Counted from the first letter of the stretch, positions 50,645 through 62,836 are shown. The stretch: 64,000 nt of DNA from Flavobacteriales bacterium (GCA_028122735.1 JAOHSR010000003.1:10543-74542); one strand, 5' to 3'. The notes: generated by a model not told the origin, from the letters alone. Program-made: numbers and translations.

Positions 50645-52588
50645 TTAACCTGCTTGAGAAATCTGATACTTTTTCATTAGAACTTCAACCTTTTTAATTA
50701 TTGCATTTGTATTTATATTACAATCATTCCAAAGTTCATTTTGTGTGCCATGATGTATAAATTCATCAGGAATTCCCAAACGATGAACATTGTTTTTATA
50801 TTCATTATCACTAATAAATTCTAAAATTGAACTTCCAAACCCACCCTGTAGGCAACCATCTTCTATTGTAATAATTTCTGTATAATTTTCACAAACTTCT
50901 TGCAAAATATTTACATCTAGCGGTTTAACAAATATCATGTTGTAATGCCCTATATCAATATCTTTTTTATATAATTCCTTACAAGCTTCTTTAACAAAAT
51001 TACCTGGATGTCCAATTGATAATATAACAATATTTTCTCCAGATTTAATTTTCTCCCCCTCCCCAATTTTTAATTCTTTTGGTTTATTTTCCCATTCTAA
51101 CCTCACTCCTTTACCACGAGGATATCTAATTGCAAATGGACCTCTTGTTTTTTTCTGTGCAGTATACATAAGGTTTCTTAAACCATGCTCGTCAATAGGA
51201 GCGCTTACGATCATGTTAGGGATGCATCTTAAATATGCTAGATCAAAAACACCATGATGTGTTGCGCCGTCTGCTCCAACTAGCCCTCCACGATCAAGAC
51301 AAAAAATAACACTTAAATTTTGTATTGCAACATCATGAATTACCTGATCATACGCTCTTTGTAAAAACGTAGAATATATATTGCAAAACGGAATTAGTCC
51401 CTGCGTAGCCATTCCGGCAGAAAAAGTGACAGCATGTTGTTCTGCTATTCCAACATCAAAGGTTCTCTCAGGCATTACTTCAAGCATCTTATTTAATGAG
51501 CTTCCACTTAACATAGCAGGTGTAACCCCAACTATTTTTTCGTTTTTTTGAGCTAGTTCTATTATTGTTTCACCAAAAACGTCTTGGTATTTTTGTGGAG
51601 ACACTCTTTTACCAACAGAAATAGATTTACCTGTTTTTTTATCAAAAATTCCTGGAGCATGCCATTTTGTAGCGTTTCCTTTTTCAGCAAATGAGTAGCC
51701 TTTCCCTTTTTCTGTAATACAATGTAGTATTTTTGGTCCAGGTATTTCTTTTAGATCTTTTAATATTCGAGTAAGGTGTTTAGTGTTATGACCGTCTATT
51801 GGACCGAAATACCTGAAGTTTAGAGACTCAAAATAGTTGCTTTCACCCAATACAGTTGACTTAATTCCGCTTTCGACTTTCTTAGCAATTTTTTGAGCAT
51901 TTGGACCAAATTTACTGATTTTACCTAAAATTTTCCAGGCCTTATTTCTTGCTTTATTATAAGCTTTTGATGTTGAAATATCAGTTAGATACTCTTTTAG
52001 TGCCCCTACAGCTGGGTCAATAGACATGCAGTTATCATTCAATATTACAAGTAAATTAGTTTTTTCAGCTCCAGCATGGTTTAGTCCCTCGAAGGCTAAC
52101 CCTGCTGTCATAGCACCATCCCCTATAACAGCAACATGTTGTTTATTATTTTCTTTTTTGTGTTTTGATGCAATTGACATTCCTAAAGCTGCTGAGATAG
52201 ATGTTGAGGAGTGTCCAACCCCAAAAGTGTCATAAACACTTTCTGTTCTTTTTGGAAAACCACTTAAACCATTATAGATTCTATTTGTCGGAAATTGCTT
52301 TTTTCTACCAGTTAGTATTTTATGGCCATATGCTTGGTGACCAACATCCCAAACGAGTTGGTCATAAGGAGTATTAAAAATGTAGTGAATTGCTATAGTT
52401 AGCTCAACAACACCTAGGCTGGCCCCAAAATGCCCCCCCTTTTCAGAAACAATATCTACTATATATTGTCTTAATTCCTCTGCTAGCTGAGGAAGTTCAG
52501 ATCTTTTTAGTTTTCTAAGATCTTCTGGGTTATTGATTTTACTCAATAAAGGGCCTTGGTAATATTTGTTTTCTGTGTTATTCGACAT
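50645..52588 (-). CDS. dxs: 1-deoxy-D-xylulose-5-phosphate synthase
   Basis: [40 protein letters not shown]. Confidence 0.97.
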   Translation of the reverse strand: MSNNTENKYYQGPLLSKINNPEDLRKLKRSELPQLAEELRQYIVDIVSEKGGHFGASLGVVELTIAIHYIFNTPYDQLVWDVGHQAYGHKILTGRKKQFPTNRIYNGLSGFPKRTESVYDTFGVGHSSTSISAALGMSIASKHKKENNKQHVAVIGDGAMTAGLAFEGLNHAGAEKTNLLVILNDNCMSIDPAVGALKEYLTDISTSKAYNKARNKAWKILGKISKFGPNAQKIAKKVESGIKSTVLGESNYFESLNFRYFGPIDGHNTKHLTRILKDLKEIPGPKILHCITEKGKGYSFAEKGNATKWHAPGIFDKKTGKSISVGKRVSPQKYQDVFGETIIELAQKNEKIVGVTPAMLSGSSLNKMLEVMPERTFDVGIAEQHAVTFSAGMATQGLIPFCNIYSTFLQRAYDQVIHDVAIQNLSVIFCLDRGGLVGADGATHHGVFDLAYLRCIPNMIVSAPIDEHGLRNLMYTAQKKTRGPFAIRYPRGKGVRLEWENKPKELKIGEGEKIKSGENIVILSIGHPGNFVKEACKELYKKDIDIGHYNMIFVKPLDVNILQEVCENYTEIITIEDGCLQGGFGSSILEFISDNEYKNNVHRLGIPDEFIHHGTQNELWNDCNINTNAIIKKVEVLMKKYQISQAG

Positions 52589-52740
52589 TATTTTTCAAAG
52601 ATACATCTTCTTAGATTTTTACACACAGCTAATTTAAAGATTATTATTCTGAATTTATCATGATTTTAATAAACAGTCGAAAGTTAATAATTGATTATCT
52701 TTTTTATTAATTGTCTTGTCTGTTTTATCAGCTTTGTAAA

Positions 52741-54006
52741 ATGAAAAAATTTTCGATATTTTTTTTGTTATGTAGTTTTAATCTTCACTCTTTTAATGAT
52801 CAATTAAATGAAAAGCAAAGTCAAAACTCTATCAATTTAGGGATTGACAGTTTAAACAGTATCTCTACAATAAATTTTGAGTATAATAGCTTTGTTAAGC
52901 TCTACATTGACGCGTATTTACTCAAGGATAAGAAGCTAATATCCAAAATGCTAGCACGATCAAAACATTACTTTCCAATTTTTGAGCAAAAACTTGATAA
53001 GTATAATTTACCATTAGAGTTAAAATATTTGTCTGTAGTAGAATCCTCTTTAAATACCAGAGCTAAATCTCCCTCTGGAGCATTAGGATTATGGCAATTT
53101 ATGTATCCTACAGCAAAAGAGTATGGCTTAAGAGTTACCTCTTATATTGATGAACGCCTCGACCCATTTAAATCTACCGAAGCAGCGTGTAAATACTTTA
53201 TCAAGCTTTATGATTTATTTGGTGATTGGAACTTAGTTTTAGCCGCATATAATGGTGGTCCTGGATATATACAGAGAAAAATGATTGCAACAGGCCATGA
53301 TAATTATTGGGACTTACGCCCACATCTCAGAACCGAAACACGTAATTATGTTCCAAAATTTATAGCAACTACTTATTTGATGGAATTTCATACAAACTAT
53401 GAATTTCCAATTGACACTTTAGACATTATCTTATTAAATTCAGACACTATTAAAATTGATCATCAAACAAATTACAAAACTCTCTCAAAACTCACATGCT
53501 TGACCGAGGAAGACATCTCTTATTACAACCCTTCTTTTAAAAATAATATCATTCCTAAGGGCTCTACAATAGTTCTTCCAAAGAACAATATCGATGATTA
53601 TTACTTAAACTATCAAGAATATAAAGTTTTTACACAAGCTGTAGATGATAAGGAGATATTGCTAGATGAGACATTAATTAATTATTCTGTAGTTTCTGGT
53701 GATTACTTAGGCAAAATTGCCGTAAATTATAATCTTAAGATTTATCAAATCCAGAATTGGAATAATTTAAAGTCCACAAAATTGAACATTGGTGATAATT
53801 TGTTTCTTTATGTTTCTGATGATCATTTAAAAAAAATAAATGACGTAAAACCATCTAACAAATCCTATACAGTCCAAAAAGGAGATACTCTTTGGGACAT
53901 CGCTAAAATGTATACCGGTGTAAGTGTTTCGAGAATTAAAAAGCTTAATAAATTAAAATCAAATAATTTAAAGCCAGGATCAAAGCTAATTATTCCAAAA
54001 ATATAA
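52741..54006 (+). CDS. mltD: Lytic transglycosylase with LysM domains (MltD-like)
   Basis: VVES, GLWQFM, AAYNGG, ETRNYVPK, two LysM repeats; ATG at 52741. Confidence 0.88.
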   Translation: MKKFSIFFLLCSFNLHSFNDQLNEKQSQNSINLGIDSLNSISTINFEYNSFVKLYIDAYLLKDKKLISKMLARSKHYFPIFEQKLDKYNLPLELKYLSVVESSLNTRAKSPSGALGLWQFMYPTAKEYGLRVTSYIDERLDPFKSTEAACKYFIKLYDLFGDWNLVLAAYNGGPGYIQRKMIATGHDNYWDLRPHLRTETRNYVPKFIATTYLMEFHTNYEFPIDTLDIILLNSDTIKIDHQTNYKTLSKLTCLTEEDISYYNPSFKNNIIPKGSTIVLPKNNIDDYYLNYQEYKVFTQAVDDKEILLDETLINYSVVSGDYLGKIAVNYNLKIYQIQNWNNLKSTKLNIGDNLFLYVSDDHLKKINDVKPSNKSYTVQKGDTLWDIAKMYTGVSVSRIKKLNKLKSNNLKPGSKLIIPKI

Positions 54007-54009
54007 TTA

Positions 54010-54903
54010 ATGAAGCTAAAGCAACTTATTATTTTTTTTGTTTTTTTATGTTCTTGTACTGAAAGCAAAAAGATTCTTCCTAATTCTACAGGTTCAAATT
54101 CAGAAATTATTTTCGTTGTAGATGATAGTATTTGGGAACAACAGATAAAGAAGCATGCACAAAAGGTATTCTCTTCAAGTATTCCAGGTGTTAATAGGTT
54201 TGAAGCTAGTTTTAAGCTTATTCAGATAAATAACAGCCAATTTACCTCGCTTTTAAGGAACCATAAAAATATCATCATTATTAACGATAGTATTAATCGA
54301 ATTATTTCTGATTATTTTGCCTATGATCAGTTAGTTTCTTATGTTAAATATGATGATACTACATCATTTAAATACGAGATTAACAAATTATTTAAAGTTT
54401 ATTATGATAATGAGGTTCAAATACTTAATTCGAAATTATCAACAACTACCAATAATTTAAATTCTGATTATATAAATAAGAAGTTTAATATTAATATAAA
54501 TATTACAAAAGAATATATCAAAACAGTAGACAGTAATAATCTTGTTTTATTTACTTACAACCCCTCAAATAAAGAGGTTATAAAGCATATTTGTATTAGC
54601 AGTTTCGACTACAAAGAAAATTTTGATTTTGACTCAATATATTTTAATATTAACAAGCTTCTTAAAACATATTTGATCGGCTCAAGACCAAATTCATATG
54701 TGACCTTAGAAGATAAATATCCAATTGTAATGTATAACGAGTTTTATCGAGGGTTGTGGAGACTTCAAAATGGTTTTATGGGAGGCCCTATATTAATGAA
54801 ACCAATCTTAAGTGGAAATAAAATTATAATTATTACCGCTTTAGTATTTGATCCATCCAGTAAGAAACGAAAATATATTAAAGAATTTGAAGCTATTTTA
54901 TAA
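54010..54903 (+). CDS. DUF4837 family lipoprotein
   Basis: Lipobox LCSC, RGLW....FMGGP motif, follows mltD. Confidence 0.75.
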   Translation: MKLKQLIIFFVFLCSCTESKKILPNSTGSNSEIIFVVDDSIWEQQIKKHAQKVFSSSIPGVNRFEASFKLIQINNSQFTSLLRNHKNIIIINDSINRIISDYFAYDQLVSYVKYDDTTSFKYEINKLFKVYYDNEVQILNSKLSTTTNNLNSDYINKKFNININITKEYIKTVDSNNLVLFTYNPSNKEVIKHICISSFDYKENFDFDSIYFNINKLLKTYLIGSRPNSYVTLEDKYPIVMYNEFYRGLWRLQNGFMGGPILMKPILSGNKIIIITALVFDPSSKKRKYIKEFEAIL

Positions 54904-57436
54904 TTAGCTTCTTCACAATTGGTGGATAATCATCGACTACTATTTCTAAGAAATAACACCCTTTCTTTAGCTGATTTACTTCTAGCTCACTTGAATATTT
55001 TTTTGTAATTATCTTTTTCCCATCCAATCCATAAATATTTATTTTTGAACTCTGCGCAGGAGCACCAGTTATTGAAACCTGATTATTTGCAGGGTTTGGA
55101 TAAATCATCACCGAACTAACATTATAATTTGAAATTGCTGTAGAGCTAATATTAAGATCACTCTCCCAGACACCTCTTCCAAATGTTGCAGCTACTATTT
55201 TTTGTGTGTTATAGTTTATTTCTAATTCATTGACTACAACGTTAGGTAATCCATTCATATAAGGAACCCATACATTAGTAATATTGTCTTTATGATACAC
55301 TCCAACATCTGTACCAACATATAAATCGTCATTGGCTTGTCTCTGATGCACAATACAATTTACTGGTAGGTTTGGCAATCCTGTTCCGGTAATGTTTGTC
55401 CAACTATCCCCACCATCTAAAGATTCATATACTTTATGATTTGCATGATATTCTGAGTATGTTACCCATAGACGATCTTCATTGTAATAATCTACAGTTA
55501 TATCAGAAAAATTAAAATTTGCTAGTCCCTGCTTGATATCTGTCCATGTTGCTCCAGCATCTTTTGTTCTTTTTATTTTACTGTATGATGCGCTATAAAT
55601 ATAGTTTTCATTTGATGCAGCAAGTGCAATTGTTTGTATAGACGCACCATTACTTGCATTATATGATAATGAATCCCATTGCCCTCCACCAGTTTGTGAC
55701 CTATATACCTCATCATATCCAGCAACTATTATATTATTGTTAACGGGGTGAATTTTCCATGGTGTAACCCAAGCTCCACTGTAGCTTACTGGCTTTATAT
55801 TATTCCAATTTCCACCACCATTATAACTTTTTCTTAGCCCACCATACTGAGATGTTGAATAAATTATTTCATGATCGTAAATGTCAATTGCACACTCCAT
55901 TCCATCAGAACCTCTAATAGCATCCCAAACTCCATTAGTTACCATTTCTGTTCCATTATCTTGTGCCCCTGCAACTACCCTGCCGTTTAAAGTATTTGAC
56001 AGGCCAATTTTGTAGAACTGTGAGATAGCAAGTCCGTCACTTATATCAATCCAACTATTTAGAGTATCCATATATTCGTATAATCCTCCATCATTTCCAG
56101 CATATGCTACACCATTTAAAGGATTAAATTCAAGTGCATGTTGATCTACGTGCATGTAGGAATAACTGGAGCCATTACCACTACTTCCGCTAATATTCCA
56201 GTTTACACCACCGTTTGTTGATCTCCACAGATTTATACCGCCTACATATAAAAGATCCTCATCTTCAGTAGAAACTCCCAGGCTTAAATCATACCAGGAT
56301 TGTCCACCTGTGCTAGTTCCATCTGTACTTCTCCCCAAAATATTTGGGCTGTCTGATTGTAATGTCCAACTGTCTGCATTATCTGTAGATTTATAAATAC
56401 CATGAAATCCATAATCGTTCTTGCAAAACAAAACATAAACTACATCTGGGTTAGCAGGGGTAACAGCTAAAAGTGGACGGTTTCTATTTACAGCACCTAT
56501 ACCATTCATGGCGATTGACCAACTCTGTCCTCTATCAGAAGATTTATAAACTTCAGATGAACCAGTAGTTTGCTTAACAGCATACAATATGTTAGGGTTG
56601 TTAGGTTTAAACTCAATGTCTCTAAATCTACCAATCATTGTTGAGCCAGATGAGGTTAGTGCATTTGTCCATGTTTGTCCACCATCTGCACTTATTTTAA
56701 TGTTTTTATCAGTAACAGCAAATAAGCTATCTGTATAGGTTGGATGTATAATAACCTTATTTACCATTTTGTCATCTGTTACAGCAAACTGCATACCTGT
56801 TGTGTCCCATGTTTGCCCACCATCATTAGATTTTAAGATCCCTATTGAATATGTATCACTTGCATGCGCATCTCCCGTTGTTATGTACATTTCTTGTGGA
56901 TCAATCGGATTAATTGCAATATATGATACTCCTATTACTGGTAAGCCATCGGTATTTGTAGACCAGGTATTACCCCCGTCTGCAGAACTCCATAAACCAC
57001 CTCCTGGAGAGCCAACCCATATTTTTTCTTTATCAAAAGGGTCAAATGCAATGCAATTAATTCTTCCATTTCCTCTTTTTTTTCCGTTTGAAAGAATTAT
57101 TGGGGTATTTATTGGTCCAAGTTCTGTCCAATTACTATTTGATGAAGATTTATATTGGTTAAGCCTCTCTTTTTCTTTAAGCCATTCAGTATATAGTTTA
57201 CCATTAGGAATTCCTTTACCATCTGAAGTTCTTTGTAGTATAAAATCTAGGTTTCTTGCATATGGCTTATATCCATTACCCATAGTATATTCAACTTTAT
57301 CTCTGTAATTTTCAAAAGCCTTTGCCTTTTCAATAATACTTGCATTTGGATTAGTGCTTAACAAATTGTCTTCCCAAATCTGTGCATTAGAAACGATAAA
57401 AAAAAGTAAAAATAAAAGGGTAAATTGTGTTTTCAT
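54893..57436 (-). CDS. T9SS-secreted BNR/Asp-box beta-propeller protein (VPS10/sortilin-like)
   Basis: Repeated SxDGGxTW boxes, HVDQH, GAQDNG, ATFGRGVW, IYPNPA CTD. Confidence 0.83.
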   Translation of the reverse strand: MKTQFTLLFLLFFIVSNAQIWEDNLLSTNPNASIIEKAKAFENYRDKVEYTMGNGYKPYARNLDFILQRTSDGKGIPNGKLYTEWLKEKERLNQYKSSSNSNWTELGPINTPIILSNGKKRGNGRINCIAFDPFDKEKIWVGSPGGGLWSSADGGNTWSTNTDGLPVIGVSYIAINPIDPQEMYITTGDAHASDTYSIGILKSNDGGQTWDTTGMQFAVTDDKMVNKVIIHPTYTDSLFAVTDKNIKISADGGQTWTNALTSSGSTMIGRFRDIEFKPNNPNILYAVKQTTGSSEVYKSSDRGQSWSIAMNGIGAVNRNRPLLAVTPANPDVVYVLFCKNDYGFHGIYKSTDNADSWTLQSDSPNILGRSTDGTSTGGQSWYDLSLGVSTEDEDLLYVGGINLWRSTNGGVNWNISGSSGNGSSYSYMHVDQHALEFNPLNGVAYAGNDGGLYEYMDTLNSWIDISDGLAISQFYKIGLSNTLNGRVVAGAQDNGTEMVTNGVWDAIRGSDGMECAIDIYDHEIIYSTSQYGGLRKSYNGGGNWNNIKPVSYSGAWVTPWKIHPVNNNIIVAGYDEVYRSQTGGGQWDSLSYNASNGASIQTIALAASNENYIYSASYSKIKRTKDAGATWTDIKQGLANFNFSDITVDYYNEDRLWVTYSEYHANHKVYESLDGGDSWTNITGTGLPNLPVNCIVHQRQANDDLYVGTDVGVYHKDNITNVWVPYMNGLPNVVVNELEINYNTQKIVAATFGRGVWESDLNISSTAISNYNVSSVMIYPNPANNQVSITGAPAQSSKINIYGLDGKKIITKKYSSELEVNQLKKGCYFLEIVVDDYPPIVKKLIIK

Positions 57437-57440
57437 ATTC

Positions 57441-59777
57441 TTAAAATTTATTTGTCAAAGATACGATAAAATTCCTGCCGCTTGAACTTATTCCAGAGCC
57501 GAAAGTTTTATAATGTGCATCAAATAGATTTTCAGCAGATATTGAAAATGTGATATTTGAACTAAAATTATTGTGGTATTTTAAATTTATTATTTGCCAT
57601 GCTGGTGTCCCTTGCTCTGTAGCTTCATCTAAGTTGTCAACTCCGTTATCATCATAATCTTCCACATTTTTCCATCCATTATAAATATGACTGATATTGA
57701 AGTGATGTTTTTTTAAACTATAATTAAGATTTAGTTGAGAATTTATAGGAGGAATGTGTGCTAAGGGCCTTCCCATTCCTGTTTCACCCTTAATATAACT
57801 TATTTTAAAATCAAAATTCATTTTTTTAGTAATGTTTATCTCAGAACCAAAGCTCAGGCCATTAATTTCTGCAGATTCTATATTTTGATTCATTTGAACT
57901 TGCATTAGATCTCCATCATAATATATTGAATCCTGTCCAAATAAACTGCTATTAGATCTTTCTATTGCATCCAATATTTTAGTCTTAAATATTTGGAGTT
58001 CAAATTTTATTACCGAACTATTATAATTTAAATTATATTCAAAATTATTTGTTCTTTCTGGTTTTAAATTTTCATTTGGAACTACAACATTTACGTCATT
58101 TTTTGAAAATATTTTGCCTATGTCATCAATATTTGGATTTCGATATCCCATATAATAAGAGATGTTAGTTGTAAGTTTTTTTGATAATTTTTGTTGTAAC
58201 AATATTGATGATACTAATGATGTATTCTTTGTTATAATCTCATTGTATGGTAAGTTATATATCAAATTATCATTAAATTTTGCTTTTAAATGATTTATAT
58301 TATATCTCTCACCTAAAAACATTGTTGTGTTTTTGAAAATTCTGTATTTAAATTGTGTATATATAGCAGCATCCGTTACTTTACTACCCCCGTTAGGATA
58401 CCTTGTGGTATTATTCAGTAAATTATTAGGGCTATAATTGGCATCTGAATTCACATTCTGTTTTCTTAGACTGATTCCATAGTTAAAATCAATTTTACTT
58501 ATTGATTTTTTAAAATCTAGTATAATATCTAAAACCTTTACATCTTCGTATCTATTTGATTGCAAACTATCACTATACTTTTGTTTGTGTCTTGATTCTT
58601 TATGATTTTGCCAGGCAACAATTAGTGATTTGTTATCAAAAATTAGCGTTTTATTTTTATTATTTATTTTTAATGATTGCGCTATTCTTTGTTGTGGACC
58701 ATAGTACCAGTTTTTATATTTTCTCATTCCATCTTCAATATCATTTAGCTTATCAAATCTTGATATGTTTGATGTTGTCGAGTATTGAGTGTTAAAGCTT
58801 ATTGTATTTGCTTTTTCTTTAATTATTAATTTTTGGATAAAATCATATTTGTTATATTTTGTTTCTAGTTGCTCATTTTGTATGGTTATCGTGTTCTCAT
58901 TTCCCCAATCCCGATAACCATGTAATCTATTCCGCCCCATTTTAAGATTTCCATTAGCTTCAATTGCAAAAGCGGTTATAATTTTTAAATTTTTAAATGA
59001 TGTTTTGTTGAGATATTTAAGAGAACTAGATAAACTTGAGCTTTCATATTGTTGTTCTATAGTATTTGAAACGTCCTTTGAAGATTCCTCATTTAAGGTA
59101 TTAATTATAATTGCTCCACCCATAGCTCCATCTCCATAAACAACTGATGCAGGTCCCGTAACTACATTTATATTATCAATAAAAAATGGATTAATGCTAT
59201 TTGAGCTTTGTACATGACCGCTTCTGTAAATCGCATTATTAATTGGAATATCATCAATTACAATTAACAATCTATTAGCCTCCATTCCTCTTAAGTTTGG
59301 ACTCCCTCCTCCCGACTGACTTTCTTGAATATTAATCCCTAGCGCCTTTGAGAGTAAATCAGCTGTTGTATTACTTTTAATAAGCTCTATTTTATTTCTT
59401 TTTATTTTATTGTAGAGTGTTGAGTTAGAAATAAGGGGTGTTTTAACATCTTCCAGTTTGATTTCATTTAACATATAAAGCTTTGGAATTAACTTGATAA
59501 TATTTTTTACGCTTGTTTTTTTATTAAAGAGATTGTTTATTATTTCCTTATTATTAAATCCAATGTGCATGGCTATGAGCGTATCTTCAAAGCTAAAAAC
59601 ATCTAAACTTGCATTGCCTTTTGAATCTGAGATTACACCTAAATTAGTATTAGTCTTTGAAATGATACTTACCTCAGCAATAGGTATATTATTTTCTGCA
59701 TTTACAAAAGTTATGTTTTGAGTGTAAGCATCTTTACTTAAGATGAATACAGATAGTAGTAAAATTAAATTTTTCAT
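57441..59777 (-). CDS. TonB-dependent receptor
   Basis: Plug SQSGGGSPNLRGMEANR, GPASVVYG, ENLFD...GRNF, terminal Phe. Confidence 0.9.
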   Translation of the reverse strand: MKNLILLLSVFILSKDAYTQNITFVNAENNIPIAEVSIISKTNTNLGVISDSKGNASLDVFSFEDTLIAMHIGFNNKEIINNLFNKKTSVKNIIKLIPKLYMLNEIKLEDVKTPLISNSTLYNKIKRNKIELIKSNTTADLLSKALGINIQESQSGGGSPNLRGMEANRLLIVIDDIPINNAIYRSGHVQSSNSINPFFIDNINVVTGPASVVYGDGAMGGAIIINTLNEESSKDVSNTIEQQYESSSLSSSLKYLNKTSFKNLKIITAFAIEANGNLKMGRNRLHGYRDWGNENTITIQNEQLETKYNKYDFIQKLIIKEKANTISFNTQYSTTSNISRFDKLNDIEDGMRKYKNWYYGPQQRIAQSLKINNKNKTLIFDNKSLIVAWQNHKESRHKQKYSDSLQSNRYEDVKVLDIILDFKKSISKIDFNYGISLRKQNVNSDANYSPNNLLNNTTRYPNGGSKVTDAAIYTQFKYRIFKNTTMFLGERYNINHLKAKFNDNLIYNLPYNEIITKNTSLVSSILLQQKLSKKLTTNISYYMGYRNPNIDDIGKIFSKNDVNVVVPNENLKPERTNNFEYNLNYNSSVIKFELQIFKTKILDAIERSNSSLFGQDSIYYDGDLMQVQMNQNIESAEINGLSFGSEINITKKMNFDFKISYIKGETGMGRPLAHIPPINSQLNLNYSLKKHHFNISHIYNGWKNVEDYDDNGVDNLDEATEQGTPAWQIINLKYHNNFSSNITFSISAENLFDAHYKTFGSGISSSGRNFIVSLTNKF

Positions 59778-60476
59778 TTAACTAAGCGATTCTATAACTT
59801 CGTAGGACTTTATATTTGACAGATTAATATGGTGTATGCTATAGTATCTGAATAGTATTTTTATCAATTCCTGCCTGCTTTGATAAGGAATAATTATATT
59901 TTCTTTAATAATCAGTCTTTTAAAATAATTTATTATTTCACCTTTAATTATTTCCTCATTTTTATTTTTGATATTTGTAAAATTACCTGAATTTAAATTA
60001 AAATATGGTAGATCAATATTTTCTGTTGATGGCGAAATACCTAAAAACTCACTTAGCTGAATCAGAAAGATAATACAAAAGTTATTATTTACATTTTCTA
60101 AATTATCTATTTGCGTGTTTGTATCCCAGATGAATTGAAATAGATTTATATTTCTTTCAGAGTCAATTAATGCTTTTGATAACACTTCTGCAATAAATAG
60201 TCTTATTAATTTATTTTTTAAGCTTGTGTTTTGGTAAGCATATGCCAAATTAATTTCGCTTAAGTATTGAATTTCTTTTTTTGAATTGTTTTTTGCATTA
60301 ATTGTTAAGAGGTTCATTTTGTCTAGTAAAAGTATTTTGTTTTTAGACTTTTTACTTTTATTTCTTTTAACACTGAATGATTTTAACCCATATTCTTCAG
60401 TGAATACTTTTGCTATAACCGATCCTTCACCGTACTTGTGATTTAATAACGCAATTGCCCTACTTTCATAATTCAT
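59778..60476 (-). CDS. recO: DNA repair protein RecO
   Basis: KYGEGSVIAKVFTEEYG, FLGISP, position after porZ. Confidence 0.85.
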   Translation of the reverse strand: MNYESRAIALLNHKYGEGSVIAKVFTEEYGLKSFSVKRNKSKKSKNKILLLDKMNLLTINAKNNSKKEIQYLSEINLAYAYQNTSLKNKLIRLFIAEVLSKALIDSERNINLFQFIWDTNTQIDNLENVNNNFCIIFLIQLSEFLGISPSTENIDLPYFNLNSGNFTNIKNKNEEIIKGEIINYFKRLIIKENIIIPYQSRQELIKILFRYYSIHHINLSNIKSYEVIESLS

Positions 60477-62746
60477 TACTTTATGAAAAGTATTTTTGAT
60501 ACTGCTTTTTCATAACCATCTTCATCAGTACTAAATACAAGATATACGCCAGTCCCTACTCTTTCATTGTTGTAATTCATACCGTTCCAGTTAGCTTGCC
60601 CACCATTTGCTGTTGTTTCAAACACTAAATTGCCGTTGATATCTGTGATTTTAACCTTTGCATCTCTAACAAGTTTGTTTATTGCTATATTGCCTCTATA
60701 ATTTTCTTTAACTGGGTTAGGAAAAACAAAGGTTTCATTTTGTTTAATTTCTCCTATTGTTGCATCTGATCGGTAAGACATAAGGCCTAAATCAGTACCA
60801 ATAAAAACCTCCCCATTTTCATGGTTAATACAGATGTCTATTATTTTATTAGAAAATATATGGCTATTTTCCTTTGTAAAATGAAGCACTTCTTCCGTAC
60901 CATCTTCAGACAAAAGAAATAAACCAGAATTATCAGTGCCAATCCATTTTCTGTTTGCACCATCAATCTCAATACAATTTATTTTTTCACTGCTTAAAAG
61001 GTATTGTCCATACTCTCCTTCTTGAATAAGTATTTGTTGTGCATCAAAATTATACCCCGTAAAAGCTAATTCAGGCGAATAAATTACAGCAATTCCCTGA
61101 TCTGAACCAATCCAGATTTTTCCATCAATATCTTTTTCAATTGTTCTAATATTTGTTGATGGTAGATTTCCATTCCCTAATGTGGTATTAAGTATCTTGT
61201 ATTCATCATCAGAAGAGTCTTCAATAGTATTGTTATCATTATATACAAATAATCCTCCTTCGTGTATAACTCCCCATTTATAATTTGAATTGTCTATTAA
61301 TAATTCATCAAAGTATAGACCGTCTATGTTTTGATTCATTGAAAATGAAAACCAAGAGTCATCCGATTTTTTTACAAATAATGGTTTTTCAACTTGAGAG
61401 TTTAAGCCCCACAAGTTATTATTATTATCAACAACTAAATCAGATATTTGTATTCTATTGTTTGAGTAAAAAGTTGTGTCTAAGACTCCACCAGTATTTT
61501 GATATCCATACTTAATAATATGAGTTTCATCTTCCATTTTAGAAATCCCGTTATACCAGGATGCATAATAATCTGCATTACCTATAGAGGCTACACCAAC
61601 AATATCTCTCGCTCTGTTCAAGTCAAAGAAATCTAGATTTTTCCATGTAAGATTTTTATAAAATGAAGCCCCATCATTATTTAGCATATTTACACTGAAA
61701 TTCATGTGACCACCATGATTTATAAACAACTTATTAGAAAAAAATTCTAAACTATATATCTTATTTGAAACAGGGCTGTTTACCATATACCTTTCTGTCT
61801 CCACACCGCCTATATATTTTAATAATCCATCTGTTTTATCTGCTATCCATATTTCATCCTCTCTTTTTTCCTCACAAGTGTATGCGTCAGCAAAATTCGT
61901 AATGACATTTTCTTGAAGATTACTGTTTATTATTGTGATTAAATTACTATCAGTAATGTAAATATTATTTGCAGAGATATTCAACTGCGGACGTTCGAAG
62001 CCATAATCAATTAGCTTTTCCCAAGTTTGATTTTTGATAAAGAGATAGTCTTTTTGCCCCTCAATTATAGAGATTAACAGGTTGTTGAATGAACCAATAT
62101 TTGTAAAACTTGCATTTATTAAGGTTGAATCTGTAAAAAACGTATCTTTTGTCCATTGTGTATAGTCTGAGAGAAATTGATTGTTAGCTTCTGAATAATA
62201 CAATCCTTGATTTGTAGCAACATATATATCTTCTTCAATTATTGTAGTTTGATTAATTTCCAAGTAGACCCCATTTTCACCAATTTTATAAGTATCTTTT
62301 ATTTCTTTTTTAATTAAATCAAGAACTACAACTCCAAATGAACAAGACAAGTATGCTAAGTTATTTTTAAAGTAAACATTATTGATTTTTTTTACCCCAC
62401 TAATCTCTTTTCTTTTAATATCAGGTACATTGATGATTTCATTTTCTTGTACTAGATCTATATTACAATTTTCATAACTTATTAGAATAGTATTTGAAAT
62501 TTCATCAAATGTTATTTGCTCTGCTTGATTTTCAGATAAGCCATTGATCTTGGATATTCGATTGATACTATTATCTTCATTGTTGTAATAAAAAACACCC
62601 CCTTGAGCAATACAGTATGTTTTTTCATTTACAATTGCTAAATCAGTTACTTGATTATATGCTAAATAATCTTTCCAATATCCAATTTCAACATCTTGAG
62701 TGAACGATACTAGGGGAAATATAATTAGAAATAAAATTCTCATCAT
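60476..62746 (-). CDS. porZ: T9SS anionic-LPS delivery protein PorZ
   Basis: IGYWKDYLAY, propeller repeats, DGANRKWIGT, FPNPV...TGVYLV CTD. Confidence 0.88.
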   Translation of the reverse strand: MMRILFLIIFPLVSFTQDVEIGYWKDYLAYNQVTDLAIVNEKTYCIAQGGVFYYNNEDNSINRISKINGLSENQAEQITFDEISNTILISYENCNIDLVQENEIINVPDIKRKEISGVKKINNVYFKNNLAYLSCSFGVVVLDLIKKEIKDTYKIGENGVYLEINQTTIIEEDIYVATNQGLYYSEANNQFLSDYTQWTKDTFFTDSTLINASFTNIGSFNNLLISIIEGQKDYLFIKNQTWEKLIDYGFERPQLNISANNIYITDSNLITIINSNLQENVITNFADAYTCEEKREDEIWIADKTDGLLKYIGGVETERYMVNSPVSNKIYSLEFFSNKLFINHGGHMNFSVNMLNNDGASFYKNLTWKNLDFFDLNRARDIVGVASIGNADYYASWYNGISKMEDETHIIKYGYQNTGGVLDTTFYSNNRIQISDLVVDNNNNLWGLNSQVEKPLFVKKSDDSWFSFSMNQNIDGLYFDELLIDNSNYKWGVIHEGGLFVYNDNNTIEDSSDDEYKILNTTLGNGNLPSTNIRTIEKDIDGKIWIGSDQGIAVIYSPELAFTGYNFDAQQILIQEGEYGQYLLSSEKINCIEIDGANRKWIGTDNSGLFLLSEDGTEEVLHFTKENSHIFSNKIIDICINHENGEVFIGTDLGLMSYRSDATIGEIKQNETFVFPNPVKENYRGNIAINKLVRDAKVKITDINGNLVFETTANGGQANWNGMNYNNERVGTGVYLVFSTDEDGYEKAVSKILFIK

Positions 62747-62836
62747 CTAGCAATTATAAAAATATTTACACTCATTTAAACCTTATTTGATTAAAAAAAT
62801 TGTACAATTTAATTCTTTCTTAGTTTTGTAGTATCA

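Noticed and set aside
56769-57308. 179-aa antisense ORF and the other short opposite-strand or alternate-frame ORFs in the track
   Set aside because: They lie within well-supported genes and have no recognisable motifs; they are shadow ORFs.
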